Shown: positions 20,892-30,548, counted from the stretch's first letter. The stretch is DNA of 64,000 nt from Dehalococcoidia bacterium (GCA_965207115.1 CBDBLR010000003.1:649379-713378); one strand, 5' to 3'. Notes: generated by a model from the sequence alone, not told the origin. Made by a program: numbers and translations.

Positions 20892-21791
20892 TTGATGCTG
20901 ATCAATCAGTCGGTCTCGGGGTCGGCGCTGCGGGCCAGCGGACTCGCGTATTGGGAACTGCTCAAGCCGCGCGTAACGATTCTCCTGACGTTCCTGGGCG
21001 CCGCCGCCGCCGTCATCGCTTCAGGCGCAGATCCGGCACAGTCTGGCAGGGTGGCCTTGATTACACTGGCCGTCTTTCTTGGGAGCGGCGGGTCGAATGG
21101 GCTGACAAATTATCTTGATAGGGCGCTTGACGCGCGTATGTACCGGACACGTGGACGGAGCATCCCGAGTGGCCGCATCGTTTCGGCGGAACGCGGTCTG
21201 TACTGGTCGGCCGGGTGGGTGCTGGCAGGAGTCACGCTAGCATTCCTGGTGCATCCATTGGCGGCGCTGGCGGGGGCCACTGGCACGCTCGCAGCAATAT
21301 CGTTCCGCAAGACGGAGGCGACGCATTTTCTGGGCGGCGTCTCGAGCGCTGCGCCGGTGGCGGCCGGTTGGTTGGCGATGGACCCCTCGTTGAGCCCGAC
21401 GATTGGGCTGTTGGGCGCGTTCGTCGGCGTGTGGGTGATCCATCACGTGTGGGCGATCATGCTGTTCTATCGGTCAGATTATCTTCAGGCAGGGGTGGGC
21501 ATCTTTCCGCTTCGGTCAGCATGGCAGAGCGCACGGCCGCTGTTCCTATCGTTGGCTGTATTGCTGGTTGTTTTGGTGGCGGCGATGGGCTTCGTGGCGG
21601 AACAGGGCATCGTGTACTGGGTGATGGCAGGGGGGTTCGCGCTCTATAACATCTGGGGGACGATGCAGTTGGAGCGGGAGTCCCTTAGTCCCGCCGTTCA
21701 ACGCCGCCGCTTCAAGACGGCATCCTACAGTCTGTTGTGCGGCGTGTTCACGGCCTTGTTGGTCACGACTGTGTTGACCGCAGTACAGTGA
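20892..21791 (+). CDS. ctaB: UbiA-family prenyltransferase, probably protoheme IX farnesyltransferase (heme o synthase)
   Basis: YWELLKPRVT N-terminus and NYLDRALDARMYRTRGRSIPSGRI aspartate-rich motif as in CtaB/CyoE; about 9 TM segments. Confidence 0.6.
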   Translation: MMLINQSVSGSALRASGLAYWELLKPRVTILLTFLGAAAAVIASGADPAQSGRVALITLAVFLGSGGSNGLTNYLDRALDARMYRTRGRSIPSGRIVSAERGLYWSAGWVLAGVTLAFLVHPLAALAGATGTLAAISFRKTEATHFLGGVSSAAPVAAGWLAMDPSLSPTIGLLGAFVGVWVIHHVWAIMLFYRSDYLQAGVGIFPLRSAWQSARPLFLSLAVLLVVLVAAMGFVAEQGIVYWVMAGGFALYNIWGTMQLERESLSPAVQRRRFKTASYSLLCGVFTALLVTTVLTAVQ

Positions 21792-21822
21792 GCCTCCCCT
21801 TGTAGCCGATCTTCGGAATCGC

Positions 21823-23058
21823 ATGACAACGTCCACTCCGTATTTCCGTGTGACGAGCCCGGGCGAGTCCCTCGTGCCGGGTCCGCGAACCGGTGTCCTC
21901 ATCACGCCTCATGGGCAAATTCAGACGCCTGCATTCTTACCCGTGGCGACGCAAGGCAGTGTGAAGGCATTGTCTCCGTCTGACGTGGTGTCGCTGGGCG
22001 GACAGGTGGTGATCTGCAACGCGTATCACCTTGCTCTGAGGCCGGGCGTGGACTTGATAGAACAGGCGGGCGGGCTGCACGGGTTCATGGGATGGGATCG
22101 ACCCATCGCGACCGACTCCGGCGGCTTCCAGATGACTTCGCTGGCCCACCGACTTCGTATCTCGGACGAGGCAGTTACGTTTCTTTCCCATATCGACGGG
22201 ACTCAATTCCACCTGTCGCCGGAATCCGCAGTTGCGCTGCAGGAACGGTTGGGCGCGGACATGATCATGTGCCTCGATCAGCCGCTGAATTACGGCGTTG
22301 ATAGGGATGGCGTCGAGCGCGCATTGGTTCGCACGCATCTGTGGGCGGAGCGTTCGGCACGCGCCCACCACCCGGAAATGGGACTGTTGTACGGGATCGC
22401 GCAGGGCGGAACAGAAGCTGATCTTCGGGAAGAGTCGTCACGGTTTGTCGCCGCGCTTGATGGGACCCAAGGTATCGCCATAGGCGGTCTGAGCCTCGGT
22501 GAGCCGAAGGACGTGATGTGGGAGATGGTGGACGTTTCCATGCCGCTGCTGCCGTCTCACAAGCCACGACACTTGTTGGGGGTGGGTTCCCCGGAGGATA
22601 TTGTGGAGGGAGTGGCGCGGGGCATCGACACGTTCGACTGCGCGTTGCCGACACGAGTGGCGAGGAACGGGGCATTGTACACGCCGCAAGGTCGGGTGGA
22701 CATCCTGAACGCGCGGTACACGCAGGATCTGGGGCCAGTGATGGAGGCCTGCGACTGCGAGACCTGCGGGACACACTCCGCCGCGTATCTTCAGCACCTG
22801 TTCAAGGCGAAAGAGTTACTCGCGTATCGGCTGGCGAGCATTCACAATCTGCGGTTCATTCATCGCCTGTTTGATGACGCGCGATCTGCCATCACAGCAG
22901 GGACATATGAGCAGTTCAGGCGGGATTTTCATGCCGCATACACGCCAAGTGACGCGGCGGCGCGGGAGGAGCAGCGCGGCCTGTGGCTGCGTTCACAACA
23001 GGCGCGCGAACAGGCGAATCTGCCTGACGAATGGGAGTCGGATCCAGGGCTGGATTAG
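21823..23058 (+). CDS. tgt: queuine tRNA-ribosyltransferase
   Basis: Tgt (beta/alpha)8 barrel architecture with zinc site DCETCGTHSAAYLQHLF (CxCxxC...H). Confidence 0.85.
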   Translation: MTTSTPYFRVTSPGESLVPGPRTGVLITPHGQIQTPAFLPVATQGSVKALSPSDVVSLGGQVVICNAYHLALRPGVDLIEQAGGLHGFMGWDRPIATDSGGFQMTSLAHRLRISDEAVTFLSHIDGTQFHLSPESAVALQERLGADMIMCLDQPLNYGVDRDGVERALVRTHLWAERSARAHHPEMGLLYGIAQGGTEADLREESSRFVAALDGTQGIAIGGLSLGEPKDVMWEMVDVSMPLLPSHKPRHLLGVGSPEDIVEGVARGIDTFDCALPTRVARNGALYTPQGRVDILNARYTQDLGPVMEACDCETCGTHSAAYLQHLFKAKELLAYRLASIHNLRFIHRLFDDARSAITAGTYEQFRRDFHAAYTPSDAAAREEQRGLWLRSQQAREQANLPDEWESDPGLD

Positions 23059-23078
23059 ATTCGGCGGAGTAGTGGAGG

Positions 23079-23354
23079 TTAGCCGCCGGCGACGGCGGGG
23101 ACAATGCTAACCTCGTCGCCCTCCTTGAGGGGCGTTTCGAGGCCGCTAAGGAATCGGACATCCTCGCCATTCACGTAGATATTGACGAACCGGTGGAGTT
23201 CCCCCTCGTCGTTGAAAAGGCGCTCCTTGATTCCGGGGAAGCGCTCATTGAGGATCGCGAGCGCGCCATCAAGCCGATCACTGCTGGCTTCAATCTCGTC
23301 GACGCCATCCGTCACCCGCCTCAGGGGCGTGGGAATCTTGACTGTGACCGACAT
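23079..23354 (-). CDS. cysO: MoaD/ThiS-family sulfur-carrier protein, CysO-like, C-terminal Gly-Gly
   Basis: 92 aa ending ...SIVPAVAGG; HRFVNIYVNGEDVRF strongly resembles mycobacterial CysO. Start set at the MSVTV Met rather than the ORF-maximal start at 23417. Confidence 0.75.
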   Translation of the reverse strand: MSVTVKIPTPLRRVTDGVDEIEASSDRLDGALAILNERFPGIKERLFNDEGELHRFVNIYVNGEDVRFLSGLETPLKEGDEVSIVPAVAGG

Positions 23355-23463
23355 AGACAACTGGCTCCTTTGATCTTGTTTGTGTGTTCTCTTTGCGAGA
23401 GTGAACTTGCCACGCATGCGTGGCGTTTCTATAACTATAGCGGAACGGCTGAGGCGTTGGCAG

Positions 23464-23718
23464 TCAGCCCTCGATGACGTCCCCGGGGACGGGGTCGACG
23501 CGGACGCCCTTTGACGTGACCCAATCTATGCCGCGGTCAACTTCCTCCTGAGCGCCTTCGAGTTCCAGGACGACCCAGCCCTGGTCCTCTTCCACGTTGG
23601 CGCGGCGGATGTTTGTGACCAATTCAAATTCGCGTCCCAGGGACCAGATGATTGGCTCCTGGATGAGCTCCGATGCAAACGTGAACCGAACCCGAACCTT
23701 GGCCATGATTACCCCCAT
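23464..23718 (-). CDS. NIL-domain protein (ferredoxin-like fold, sulfur-metabolism associated)
   Basis: 84 aa; pattern VRVRFTFASELIQEPIIWSLGREFELVTNIRRANVE...GWVVLELEG resembles the NIL domain found C-terminal to MetN and in homocysteine-biosynthesis proteins. Confidence 0.45.
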   Translation of the reverse strand: MGVIMAKVRVRFTFASELIQEPIIWSLGREFELVTNIRRANVEEDQGWVVLELEGAQEEVDRGIDWVTSKGVRVDPVPGDVIEG

Positions 23719-23763
23719 AAACCCCTGTTATTCCGGTTTGACGTCGAATCAGGCGGGATGCGG

Positions 23764-24993
23764 CTAGGCATCCTCGGCCTTGATGGCGTCTTCGAAGTCG
23801 CGCAACGAGGCATTGATATTGACGGTCTGCGCCACGTCCTGAACCGCCTCCTGCGTCTTGAGGCCGTTGCCGGTGATATAGGCGACGGTTACCTCATCCT
23901 TCCCGATGAGGCCTTTGGCAGCCAGCTTGCGGAGGACGCCAATGGTGACGCCACCGGCAGTCTCGGCAAAGATGCCTTCCGTCTGGGCGAGGAGCTTCAT
24001 GGAATCGACGATCTCCTCGTCGTTGACGGCGTGACCGGTGCCGTCGCTGTCTTCGATAACCTTGAGGGCGTAATAGCCATCTGCGGGGTTGCCGATAGCG
24101 AGCGACTTGGCGACGGTATCGGGCCGGACGGGACGAATGTCCTTGATGCCGGCATCGTAGGCGGACACGATGGGCGATGACCCTTCCGCCTGGGCGATGT
24201 GCATCTTCGTGTTCGGCTTGCCGATTATGCCGATGTCGTGAAGCTCGTTGAGGCCTTTCCAGATCTTGGTGAACATGGAGCCGGAAGCGGCAGGAACGAT
24301 GGCATGATCAGGCGCCCGCCAGCCGAGTTGCTCCGCTGCCTCATAACCCAGCGTCTTGGAGCCCTCCGAATAGTAGGGGCGCACGTTGATGTTGACGAAT
24401 GCCCAGCCGTAACGATCCGCGATCTCCGAGCAGAGTCGGTTCACATCGTCATAGCTGCCGTTGACGGCGACCAGGGTAGGGCCATAGATGGCTGCGCCTA
24501 CAACCTTGCCGAGTTCGAGATCGGCAGGTATGAAGACGTAACACCTGATGCCGGCGCGCGCGGCGTGAGCAGCAACGGATCCGGCGAGGTTGCCGGTGGA
24601 GGCGCATGCAAGAGTGTCGAATCCGAAATCACGGGCGGCGGTGGCGGCAACCGAAACGACGCGGTCCTTGAAGGAGTAGGTCGGGTTGACGCAGTCGTTC
24701 TTGAGATAGAGTTCGTTCAGCCCAAGCGCCTTGCCGAGCCGATCCGCTTTGATTAGAGGCGTGAGGCCGGCGTTGATGTCAACGCGATTCTCAGGATCAG
24801 CCGGCAGGAGTTCAGCGTACCGCCACATGGAGGGAGGGCCGTTCTTGATGGACTCACGGGACATGACGCGGGCAATCGCGTCGTAGTCATACTGAACCTC
24901 GAGCGGCCCGAAACAGAAGTCACAGACGTTGATGGGCAGGAGCTCGGATTCTCGCGAGCACTCCTTGCATCTGAGCGCTGTCGTGTAGGGCAT
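23764..24993 (-). CDS. thrC: threonine synthase-family PLP enzyme with N-terminal zinc ribbon
   Basis: CKECSRE...CDFCFGPLE zinc ribbon, PLP-lysine region (NPTYSFKDR), 409 aa fold-type II enzyme. Confidence 0.7.
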   Translation of the reverse strand: MPYTTALRCKECSRESELLPINVCDFCFGPLEVQYDYDAIARVMSRESIKNGPPSMWRYAELLPADPENRVDINAGLTPLIKADRLGKALGLNELYLKNDCVNPTYSFKDRVVSVAATAARDFGFDTLACASTGNLAGSVAAHAARAGIRCYVFIPADLELGKVVGAAIYGPTLVAVNGSYDDVNRLCSEIADRYGWAFVNINVRPYYSEGSKTLGYEAAEQLGWRAPDHAIVPAASGSMFTKIWKGLNELHDIGIIGKPNTKMHIAQAEGSSPIVSAYDAGIKDIRPVRPDTVAKSLAIGNPADGYYALKVIEDSDGTGHAVNDEEIVDSMKLLAQTEGIFAETAGGVTIGVLRKLAAKGLIGKDEVTVAYITGNGLKTQEAVQDVAQTVNINASLRDFEDAIKAEDA

Positions 24994-25052
24994 TCAGTTT
25001 TCCCTCAAGTCCGTTTGGACACGCCGTCCGCCGGCTGTGGTTGCCATGGCGG

Positions 25053-25433
25053 TCAGGTTCCTGCGCCGTCGCTGGTTAGTTCAGCGATGCGTTCAATCAT
25101 GCGGCCGACATCACCAACTCGCTTCTCCACGCCCATTTCGTCCAGGTAACCCTCGTAGAAATTCTTGTGAAGCTCGTTCGCGACTCCGAATCCGTAACGC
25201 ACAGTTTCGTCATAGTCGTTTTCCGCGAGGAACGAGTTCAGCACGTTGTATAACCCGCGATGAGAGTCATGGTTGATTCCCCGCTGCTCGCCCACGGCCT
25301 TTATTGCCTGCGCGGCGGCACCCCACGCCTTTTCAGAGGCTTGACGGAAATCGCCGCGTGCCAACTCCTCAGTCGCCTGCCGGTAGAAGAGGCGACATTG
25401 TGTGGAGTATTCTTCCTGTTCCGTCTGTGCCAT
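25053..25433 (-). CDS. PaREP1-family (HEPN-like) protein
   Basis: ATEELARGDFRQASEKAWGAAAQAIKAVGEQRG...LHKNFYEGYL matches the PaREP1 consensus (GNxRQAxEKxWGAxAxAIKA...NFYEG). Confidence 0.5.
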   Translation of the reverse strand: MAQTEQEEYSTQCRLFYRQATEELARGDFRQASEKAWGAAAQAIKAVGEQRGINHDSHRGLYNVLNSFLAENDYDETVRYGFGVANELHKNFYEGYLDEMGVEKRVGDVGRMIERIAELTSDGAGT

Positions 25434-25573
25434 GAAACCCGTCCCTTTTCGATTCCCGTCAGCGATCGGCCGATGTGAAATCAGCCGACTGAACTATTGT
25501 AGCAAGGGGAAGGTAGGGTGGGGTGTCGCCAGCGCGGTGGTGAGGCGAGTACCCCGGGTCACACCAATGCGAA

Positions 25574-26347
25574 TCAGAATGTCTTAACGTCGTCGTCGAA
25601 CCACTTCATGAGCAGAGTGTTTAGCGAACCGTCGTCTTTCATTTCTCCGATTGCGTTGTCCAGCTTGTCACGAAGTTCGTTGTCGTCTTCTCGCAGCCCG
25701 ATGCCGATGCCCATGTCGAGGAATACGGACGGCCCGACGGTAGCCAGCGCCCCTCCGTTCTGCCTGACGATCTCATGGGCGAATTCTTCGTCGAACATTG
25801 CGGCATCGACCTCGCCATCCATGATGGCTTCAATAATCTTCTCTACGGAATCGAACTCGACCAGTTCCACATCGGCTCCGGACAGGTAGTCAGAGTGGAC
25901 CGTCTGCACGAAGGCAGCGACAGTGCCGTTTACCACCTCATCAGTCGCGCCGCTCAAGGCAACGTAGAGTGAGGGAGCAGGCGGGAAGTACGGCTGTGTG
26001 AAATCGATGATCTCGTCGCGCTCGTCCGTGATACTCATTCCGGCCAGGATGGTGTCGTACTGGTCGTCCAGGAGATTCGGAATGATCGTCTCCCAATCGT
26101 TGGTGACCCAGGTGCATTGGAGGTCAGCGCGGAGGCATAGCTCGTCGCCAAGTTCTCGCTCGAACCCGTCGACTTCACCTGCATCGTTGACAAAGCTGAA
26201 GGGAGGATAAGCGCCTTCGGTTCCCATTCGGACGGGCTCTTCTTCTCCTTCACAGGCCGCGGCAGCGACTGCAATGAGAGTGAGTACACCGATGACCAAC
26301 GCCGTAAGAGCCAGTCGATTTAGACGTGCCATGTTGCTAATCACCAT
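25574..26347 (-). CDS. amino-acid ABC transporter substrate-binding protein (PBP family 3), lipoprotein
   Basis: Signal peptide with lipobox AAACEG; periplasmic-binding-protein type-II fold motifs (YDTILAGMSITDER). Confidence 0.7.
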   Translation of the reverse strand: MVISNMARLNRLALTALVIGVLTLIAVAAAACEGEEEPVRMGTEGAYPPFSFVNDAGEVDGFERELGDELCLRADLQCTWVTNDWETIIPNLLDDQYDTILAGMSITDERDEIIDFTQPYFPPAPSLYVALSGATDEVVNGTVAAFVQTVHSDYLSGADVELVEFDSVEKIIEAIMDGEVDAAMFDEEFAHEIVRQNGGALATVGPSVFLDMGIGIGLREDDNELRDKLDNAIGEMKDDGSLNTLLMKWFDDDVKTF

Positions 26348-26349
26348 GT

Positions 26350-26388
26350 CAAAAGAAAAAGGGGAGGCCTGTGCAACAGGCCTCCCCT
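26350..26388 (-). terminator. hairpin plus T-tract downstream of the enoyl-CoA hydratase gene (minus strand)
   Basis: Minus-strand reading: gaaggggaggcctgttgcacaggcctcccc followed by ttttttctttt. Confidence 0.45.
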
Positions 26389-26416
26389 TCTTGAGCTTCG
26401 TTTCGTTGTGGCGAAA

Positions 26417-27265
26417 CTACCGATTCTGCCAGTTGGGCGCGCGCTTCTCTGCGAAGGCGAGCGGGCCCTCCTTGGAGTCCTCGGAGCCGCCGACGATGCG
26501 GTTGACCCAGCCGCTGAACTGGTAGTGCTCGTCGATGAACAGGTTGCGCCAGAACTGCGCGGTGGCCTTGACGCCCTGTACGGCGATCGGCGCATTCTCC
26601 GCAATCATCTTGGCAATCTCAACGGCGCGGGGCAGGAGTTGGTCAGGCTCGACAACCTCGTGTACGAGGCCGATGCGCAGGCACTCTGCCGGCGAGATGC
26701 GATCCGCAGTCAGGCCGATGTACATGGCCTCACCGACAGGAACGAGTCGCGGCATGAGGTGCATGCCGGAGCCGGGCATGATTCCGCGCTTCACCTCGAA
26801 CAGGCCCATGTAGGCTTCCGTGGAGATGATGCGAATGTCACAGTCGATTGCGCGCTCAGTGCCGCCGCCAACCGCGAGGCCGTTGATGGCCGCGATGAAG
26901 GGCTTGGGCGAGCGAGCGAACTGGAAGAGGGAGCCCGTGGGGCCGGCTCCGCCGCCGCCGGAGATCTGGAACAGGCGGCGCGCCCGCTCCTCTGCGTCAA
27001 TCTCGCCCTTGTCGTAGGCCTCATTGACCTCAGCGGTTCGGGTGTTGCGATCGGACATTTCGCGCAGGTCCGCGCCTGCGGAGAATGCGCGGCCGTTTCC
27101 GGTCACGATACCGACCCACATGTTGCGGTCGTTATTGAAATCATGGAGCGCAATCTGCAGCTCCTCGTTCATGCTGCCACCCATGGCATTCAGCCGGTCA
27201 GGGCGATTCATGGTAAACGTGGCGTAGTGTTCCGCGTCGTTCTTCTCATACAAAAGTTCAGGCAT
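26417..27265 (-). CDS. enoyl-CoA hydratase/isomerase (crotonase) family protein
   Basis: Crotonase-fold motifs (GNGRAFSAGADL oxyanion hole region; INGLAVGGG). Confidence 0.75.
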   Translation of the reverse strand: MPELLYEKNDAEHYATFTMNRPDRLNAMGGSMNEELQIALHDFNNDRNMWVGIVTGNGRAFSAGADLREMSDRNTRTAEVNEAYDKGEIDAEERARRLFQISGGGGAGPTGSLFQFARSPKPFIAAINGLAVGGGTERAIDCDIRIISTEAYMGLFEVKRGIMPGSGMHLMPRLVPVGEAMYIGLTADRISPAECLRIGLVHEVVEPDQLLPRAVEIAKMIAENAPIAVQGVKATAQFWRNLFIDEHYQFSGWVNRIVGGSEDSKEGPLAFAEKRAPNWQNR

Positions 27266-27523
27266 TTGCTTCCCCTCCCACCAAGTGGATAGTGCTGCTT
27301 AAGGCGGACTAAGACTACGTTTTTGGCAGGTTTGATGTCAAGTTGACGGCGTGGGGGCGGGATAGAGTGGCTTTGACATGATTCGCGCGTCACTGGTACG
27401 GTGAATCGGGCTTGGCTAAGCCCTTTAAGTGGGGGTATTACATCGTTCCGCAGCGGGTACTGCTTGTATGAGAGGCGGTGCCTTGCGCAGGGAACAGTCA
27501 CGAAAACAGGGGGGAATAAAACC

Positions 27524-28660
27524 ATGCGTATGACACTTTCAGCCATCAAGGCGGACGTAGGCTCAATCGGCGGCCACACAAGGCCGACCGAGGAGATGTT
27601 GGACAGGGTGCGTTCAGACGTGCAGGCCGCCATCGACCGAGGTCTGCTCATCGACGGCTACGTGTTCCACGTGGGCGACGACATCGCCATCATCATGTCC
27701 CACACGCGGGGCAAGGATGACACAGAGATTCACCAATTTGCGTGGGACAGCTTCCTGGCGGCGACGGCCATCGCTCAGGAGTATGGTCTCTACGGGGCAG
27801 GGCAAGACCTGCTGGTGGACGCGCCCTCAGGGAACGTGCGCGGGGCAGGGCCGGGCGTGGCCGAGGTTGAGTTCGATCACGATCCCGTAACGACCAACAA
27901 CGCGCGATCGGCGGAGTCGTTCATGATCTTCGCAGCAGACAAGTGCGGGCCGGGCGCGTACAACCTGCCGCTGTTCCTCGGGTTTGCCGACCCGATGTAC
28001 TGCGCGGGGCTGATGCTTCCACGCATGATCCAGGGCTTTGACTTCAACATCATCGATATGAACAACACCGGCGGCGACAGCATCCTGACGCTTCATGCGC
28101 CGGAGGACTACTACCAGCTCACGGTGCTGCTGCGCGACAACGAGCGTTTCGGCATCGAGAGCATCTCGTCGCGGCGGTATGAGGGTCAGGACGCGGTGTC
28201 AGTTTCCGCGCAACGGCTGCATAACATCGCCGGCACGTACACCGGTAAGGATGACCCCATCGCCATCGTGCGGAACCAGGGCATCTTCCCCGCGCCGGAG
28301 GAGGTCCTTTCGACGTTCACGAAGGCGCACTACATCGGTGGCGACGCGCGCGGCTCCCACAACATGCCGCTGATGCCGGTGCCAATGAATACACCAGTGA
28401 CCGGGCCGTACTGCTTGCCGATTGTGGAGTCGCTTGGCTTCTCCATGAACGCTGCGGGCAAGTTCTCGGCCAACTATGTCGATTTCTTCGACAATCCTGC
28501 GTGGGACCTGGTGCGGAACAAGGCACAGGAAAAGGCGCTGTACATGCGCGACCAGGGCTGGTCCGGTCCGGCGATGTTGCCGTACACCGAGTTGGAGTAC
28601 GGTGGTTTCCGCGACATCGTGACCGGCCTCGAGGAGCGCTTCGCTTACAAGGCCGAGTAG
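27524..28660 (+). CDS. fbp: fructose-1,6-bisphosphate aldolase/phosphatase (archaeal-type, class V FBPase)
   Basis: MRMTLSAIKADVGSIGGH N-terminus and IMSHTRG...AGQDLL...GNVRGAGPGVAEVE core typical of the bifunctional FBP aldolase/phosphatase. ATG at 27524 with a purine-rich RBS; the ORF start at 27401 is rejected. Confidence 0.8.
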   Translation: MRMTLSAIKADVGSIGGHTRPTEEMLDRVRSDVQAAIDRGLLIDGYVFHVGDDIAIIMSHTRGKDDTEIHQFAWDSFLAATAIAQEYGLYGAGQDLLVDAPSGNVRGAGPGVAEVEFDHDPVTTNNARSAESFMIFAADKCGPGAYNLPLFLGFADPMYCAGLMLPRMIQGFDFNIIDMNNTGGDSILTLHAPEDYYQLTVLLRDNERFGIESISSRRYEGQDAVSVSAQRLHNIAGTYTGKDDPIAIVRNQGIFPAPEEVLSTFTKAHYIGGDARGSHNMPLMPVPMNTPVTGPYCLPIVESLGFSMNAAGKFSANYVDFFDNPAWDLVRNKAQEKALYMRDQGWSGPAMLPYTELEYGGFRDIVTGLEERFAYKAE

Positions 28661-28667
28661 TTTTCTC

Positions 28668-28799
28668 GGTTCGCGATCAGCGTTGGTTGGCCTGAGCAGT
28701 TCGGCTCCCGCGTTCCGGCGCCGGAAAGGATCATGCTTTTCCGGAATGCCGGTTCGCGATTAACGTTGGCGGGCCTTAGTAGTTTGGCTTCCGCGTTCC
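28668..28799. repeat. imperfect ~49-bp direct repeat (2 copies) in the fbp-rdgB intergenic region
   Basis: ggttcgcgatcagcgttggttggcctgagcagttcggctcccgcgttcc at 28668-28716 and ggttcgcgattaacgttggcgggccttagtagtttggcttccgcgttcc at 28751-28799. Confidence 0.5.
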
Positions 28800-28857
28800 C
28801 ACACCGCAGGCGCTTGCATATCCGCAGTTTGCCGTTATCGCAGAGATAGGGCTGGGG

Positions 28858-29481
28858 TTGCCTATGAAACTTTTTGTTGGCACGGGGAATCCCGGGAAGG
28901 TGCGGGAGTTCCGTGAGTTGCTGGACGGACTGCCCGTTGAGCTGGTGACACCTGCGGATATCCACCTCGATATCGAGGTGGAGGAGACGGGCGATACGCT
29001 GGAAGAGAACGCGCTGATCAAGGCGCAGGCGTACGCCAATGCGGGCGGGTTGTTGACGCTCGCCGACGATTCCGGCCTGTTTGTGGATGCGCTGGGCGGC
29101 GCGCCCGGTGTAATCAGCGCTAGATACGGCGCTCCCGATGCCAGGACGGACGAGGATCGCGTGAACCTCTTGCTGCGCAACCTGTCGGACGTGCCGGAGG
29201 GTGAGCGTAATGCCGCGTTTCGGTGTGTCATTGTCATCGCCGAGCCGGGCGTGGATACCGTTCGCATGGCCAAAGGAGAGCTGCGGGGTATAATTGGACA
29301 AGCTCCGAGGGGGACGAACGGATTCGGATACGACCCGGTATTCGTCGTGCCGGAATATGGGAAGACGGTAGCCGAATTGGATTCAGATACAAAGAACGCA
29401 CTCAGTCACCGTGGCCGGGCGGCGCGCGCCGCTCGGGAGATCATCGCCGATATGGCCGCTACGGCGGAGGGAAACACCTGA
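28858..29481 (+). CDS. rdgB: non-canonical purine NTP pyrophosphatase (RdgB/HAM1)
   Basis: [15 protein letters not shown]-terminus and FGYDPVF motif of the HAM1 family. Confidence 0.8.
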   Translation: MPMKLFVGTGNPGKVREFRELLDGLPVELVTPADIHLDIEVEETGDTLEENALIKAQAYANAGGLLTLADDSGLFVDALGGAPGVISARYGAPDARTDEDRVNLLLRNLSDVPEGERNAAFRCVIVIAEPGVDTVRMAKGELRGIIGQAPRGTNGFGYDPVFVVPEYGKTVAELDSDTKNALSHRGRAARAAREIIADMAATAEGNT

Positions 29482-29483
29482 GC

Positions 29484-30524
29484 ATGACCGTCGCCGCTCC
29501 AATAAGCGTCAAGGACGTGTTCGGTCGCCTTCTGCAAGACCTCCGCATCTCAGTAACGGATCGGTGCAATTTCCGTTGCTCGTACTGCATGCCGGCTGAG
29601 ATTTTTGGCGAGCGGTACGAGTTCCTGCCGCGTGATCAGATACTCACTTTTGAGGAGATCGAGCGACTCACGAGAATCTTTGCCGGTCTCGGCGTGACCA
29701 AGATTCGTGTGACGGGTGGGGAGCCACTTCTTCGCAAGGATTTGCCGGAGTTGATTCGCATGCTCGCGGCGGTCGACGGCATCGAAGACCTCTCGCTGAC
29801 GACGAACGGGTACTTGCTGCCGCCCATGGCCAAGGAGCTGCGGGAGGCGGGACTGCGCCGCGTCACCATCAGCCTGGACAGCCTGGACGATGAAACGTTC
29901 AAGCAAATGAACGGCAGGGGGTTCGGGGTTGACCGGGTGCTGGAGGCCATCGAGGCGGCAGAAGATGCCGGCCTTGGGCCGATAAAGATCAACAGCGTTG
30001 TGCAGCGGGGTGTGAACGATGACTTCGTGACGGACCTCGCCAAGTATTTCAAGGGCACCGACAAGATTGTGCGGTTCATCGAATACATGGACGTCGGTAC
30101 CATCAACGGCTGGAAGCTGGAAGAGGTGGTGCCGAGCAGAGAACTTGCGGCTCGTATCAATGCCGAGAGCCCAATCATCCCAATCGACCGCAACTACAAG
30201 AGCGAGACATCCGCGCGTTATGCCTATGCCGACGGCGGCGGCGAGATTGGCTTCATCTCTTCCGTCTCGGAACCGTTCTGCGATGACTGCACACGCGCTC
30301 GCCTCTCTACGGACGGCAAGCTCTATACCTGCCTGTTCACGGGGGACGGCCACGATCTGCGCGAAGGACTGCGCTCAGGCGCGACCGATGATGAGATCCA
30401 GGAGCTGATCACCGGTGTGTGGGAACGGCGGACGGATCGGTACTCCGAGGAACGCACAAGCGAGACCACTGCGCTGGGCGACAAGAAGCCGGAGCGGGTG
30501 GAGATGTATCACATCGGCGGGTAG
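29484..30524 (+). CDS. moaA: GTP 3',8-cyclase (molybdenum cofactor biosynthesis protein A), radical SAM
   Basis: [17 protein letters not shown] CxxxCxxC radical-SAM cluster and C-terminal auxiliary-cluster cysteines. ATG at 29484; the 261-nt upstream extension of the ORF is rejected. Confidence 0.85.
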   Translation: MTVAAPISVKDVFGRLLQDLRISVTDRCNFRCSYCMPAEIFGERYEFLPRDQILTFEEIERLTRIFAGLGVTKIRVTGGEPLLRKDLPELIRMLAAVDGIEDLSLTTNGYLLPPMAKELREAGLRRVTISLDSLDDETFKQMNGRGFGVDRVLEAIEAAEDAGLGPIKINSVVQRGVNDDFVTDLAKYFKGTDKIVRFIEYMDVGTINGWKLEEVVPSRELAARINAESPIIPIDRNYKSETSARYAYADGGGEIGFISSVSEPFCDDCTRARLSTDGKLYTCLFTGDGHDLREGLRSGATDDEIQELITGVWERRTDRYSEERTSETTALGDKKPERVEMYHIGG

Positions 30525-30548
30525 GCGAGGCCGCAGCCGATAAATCCG

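Noticed and set aside
23355-23417. N-terminal extensions of several ORFs (cysO-like to 23417, fbp from 27401, moaA from 29223, pfkB from 46368, yjbQ to 43409)
   Set aside because: The extensions are Arg-rich, lack homology, and overlap upstream genes; internal ATG/GTG starts with better spacing and conserved N-termini were chosen instead
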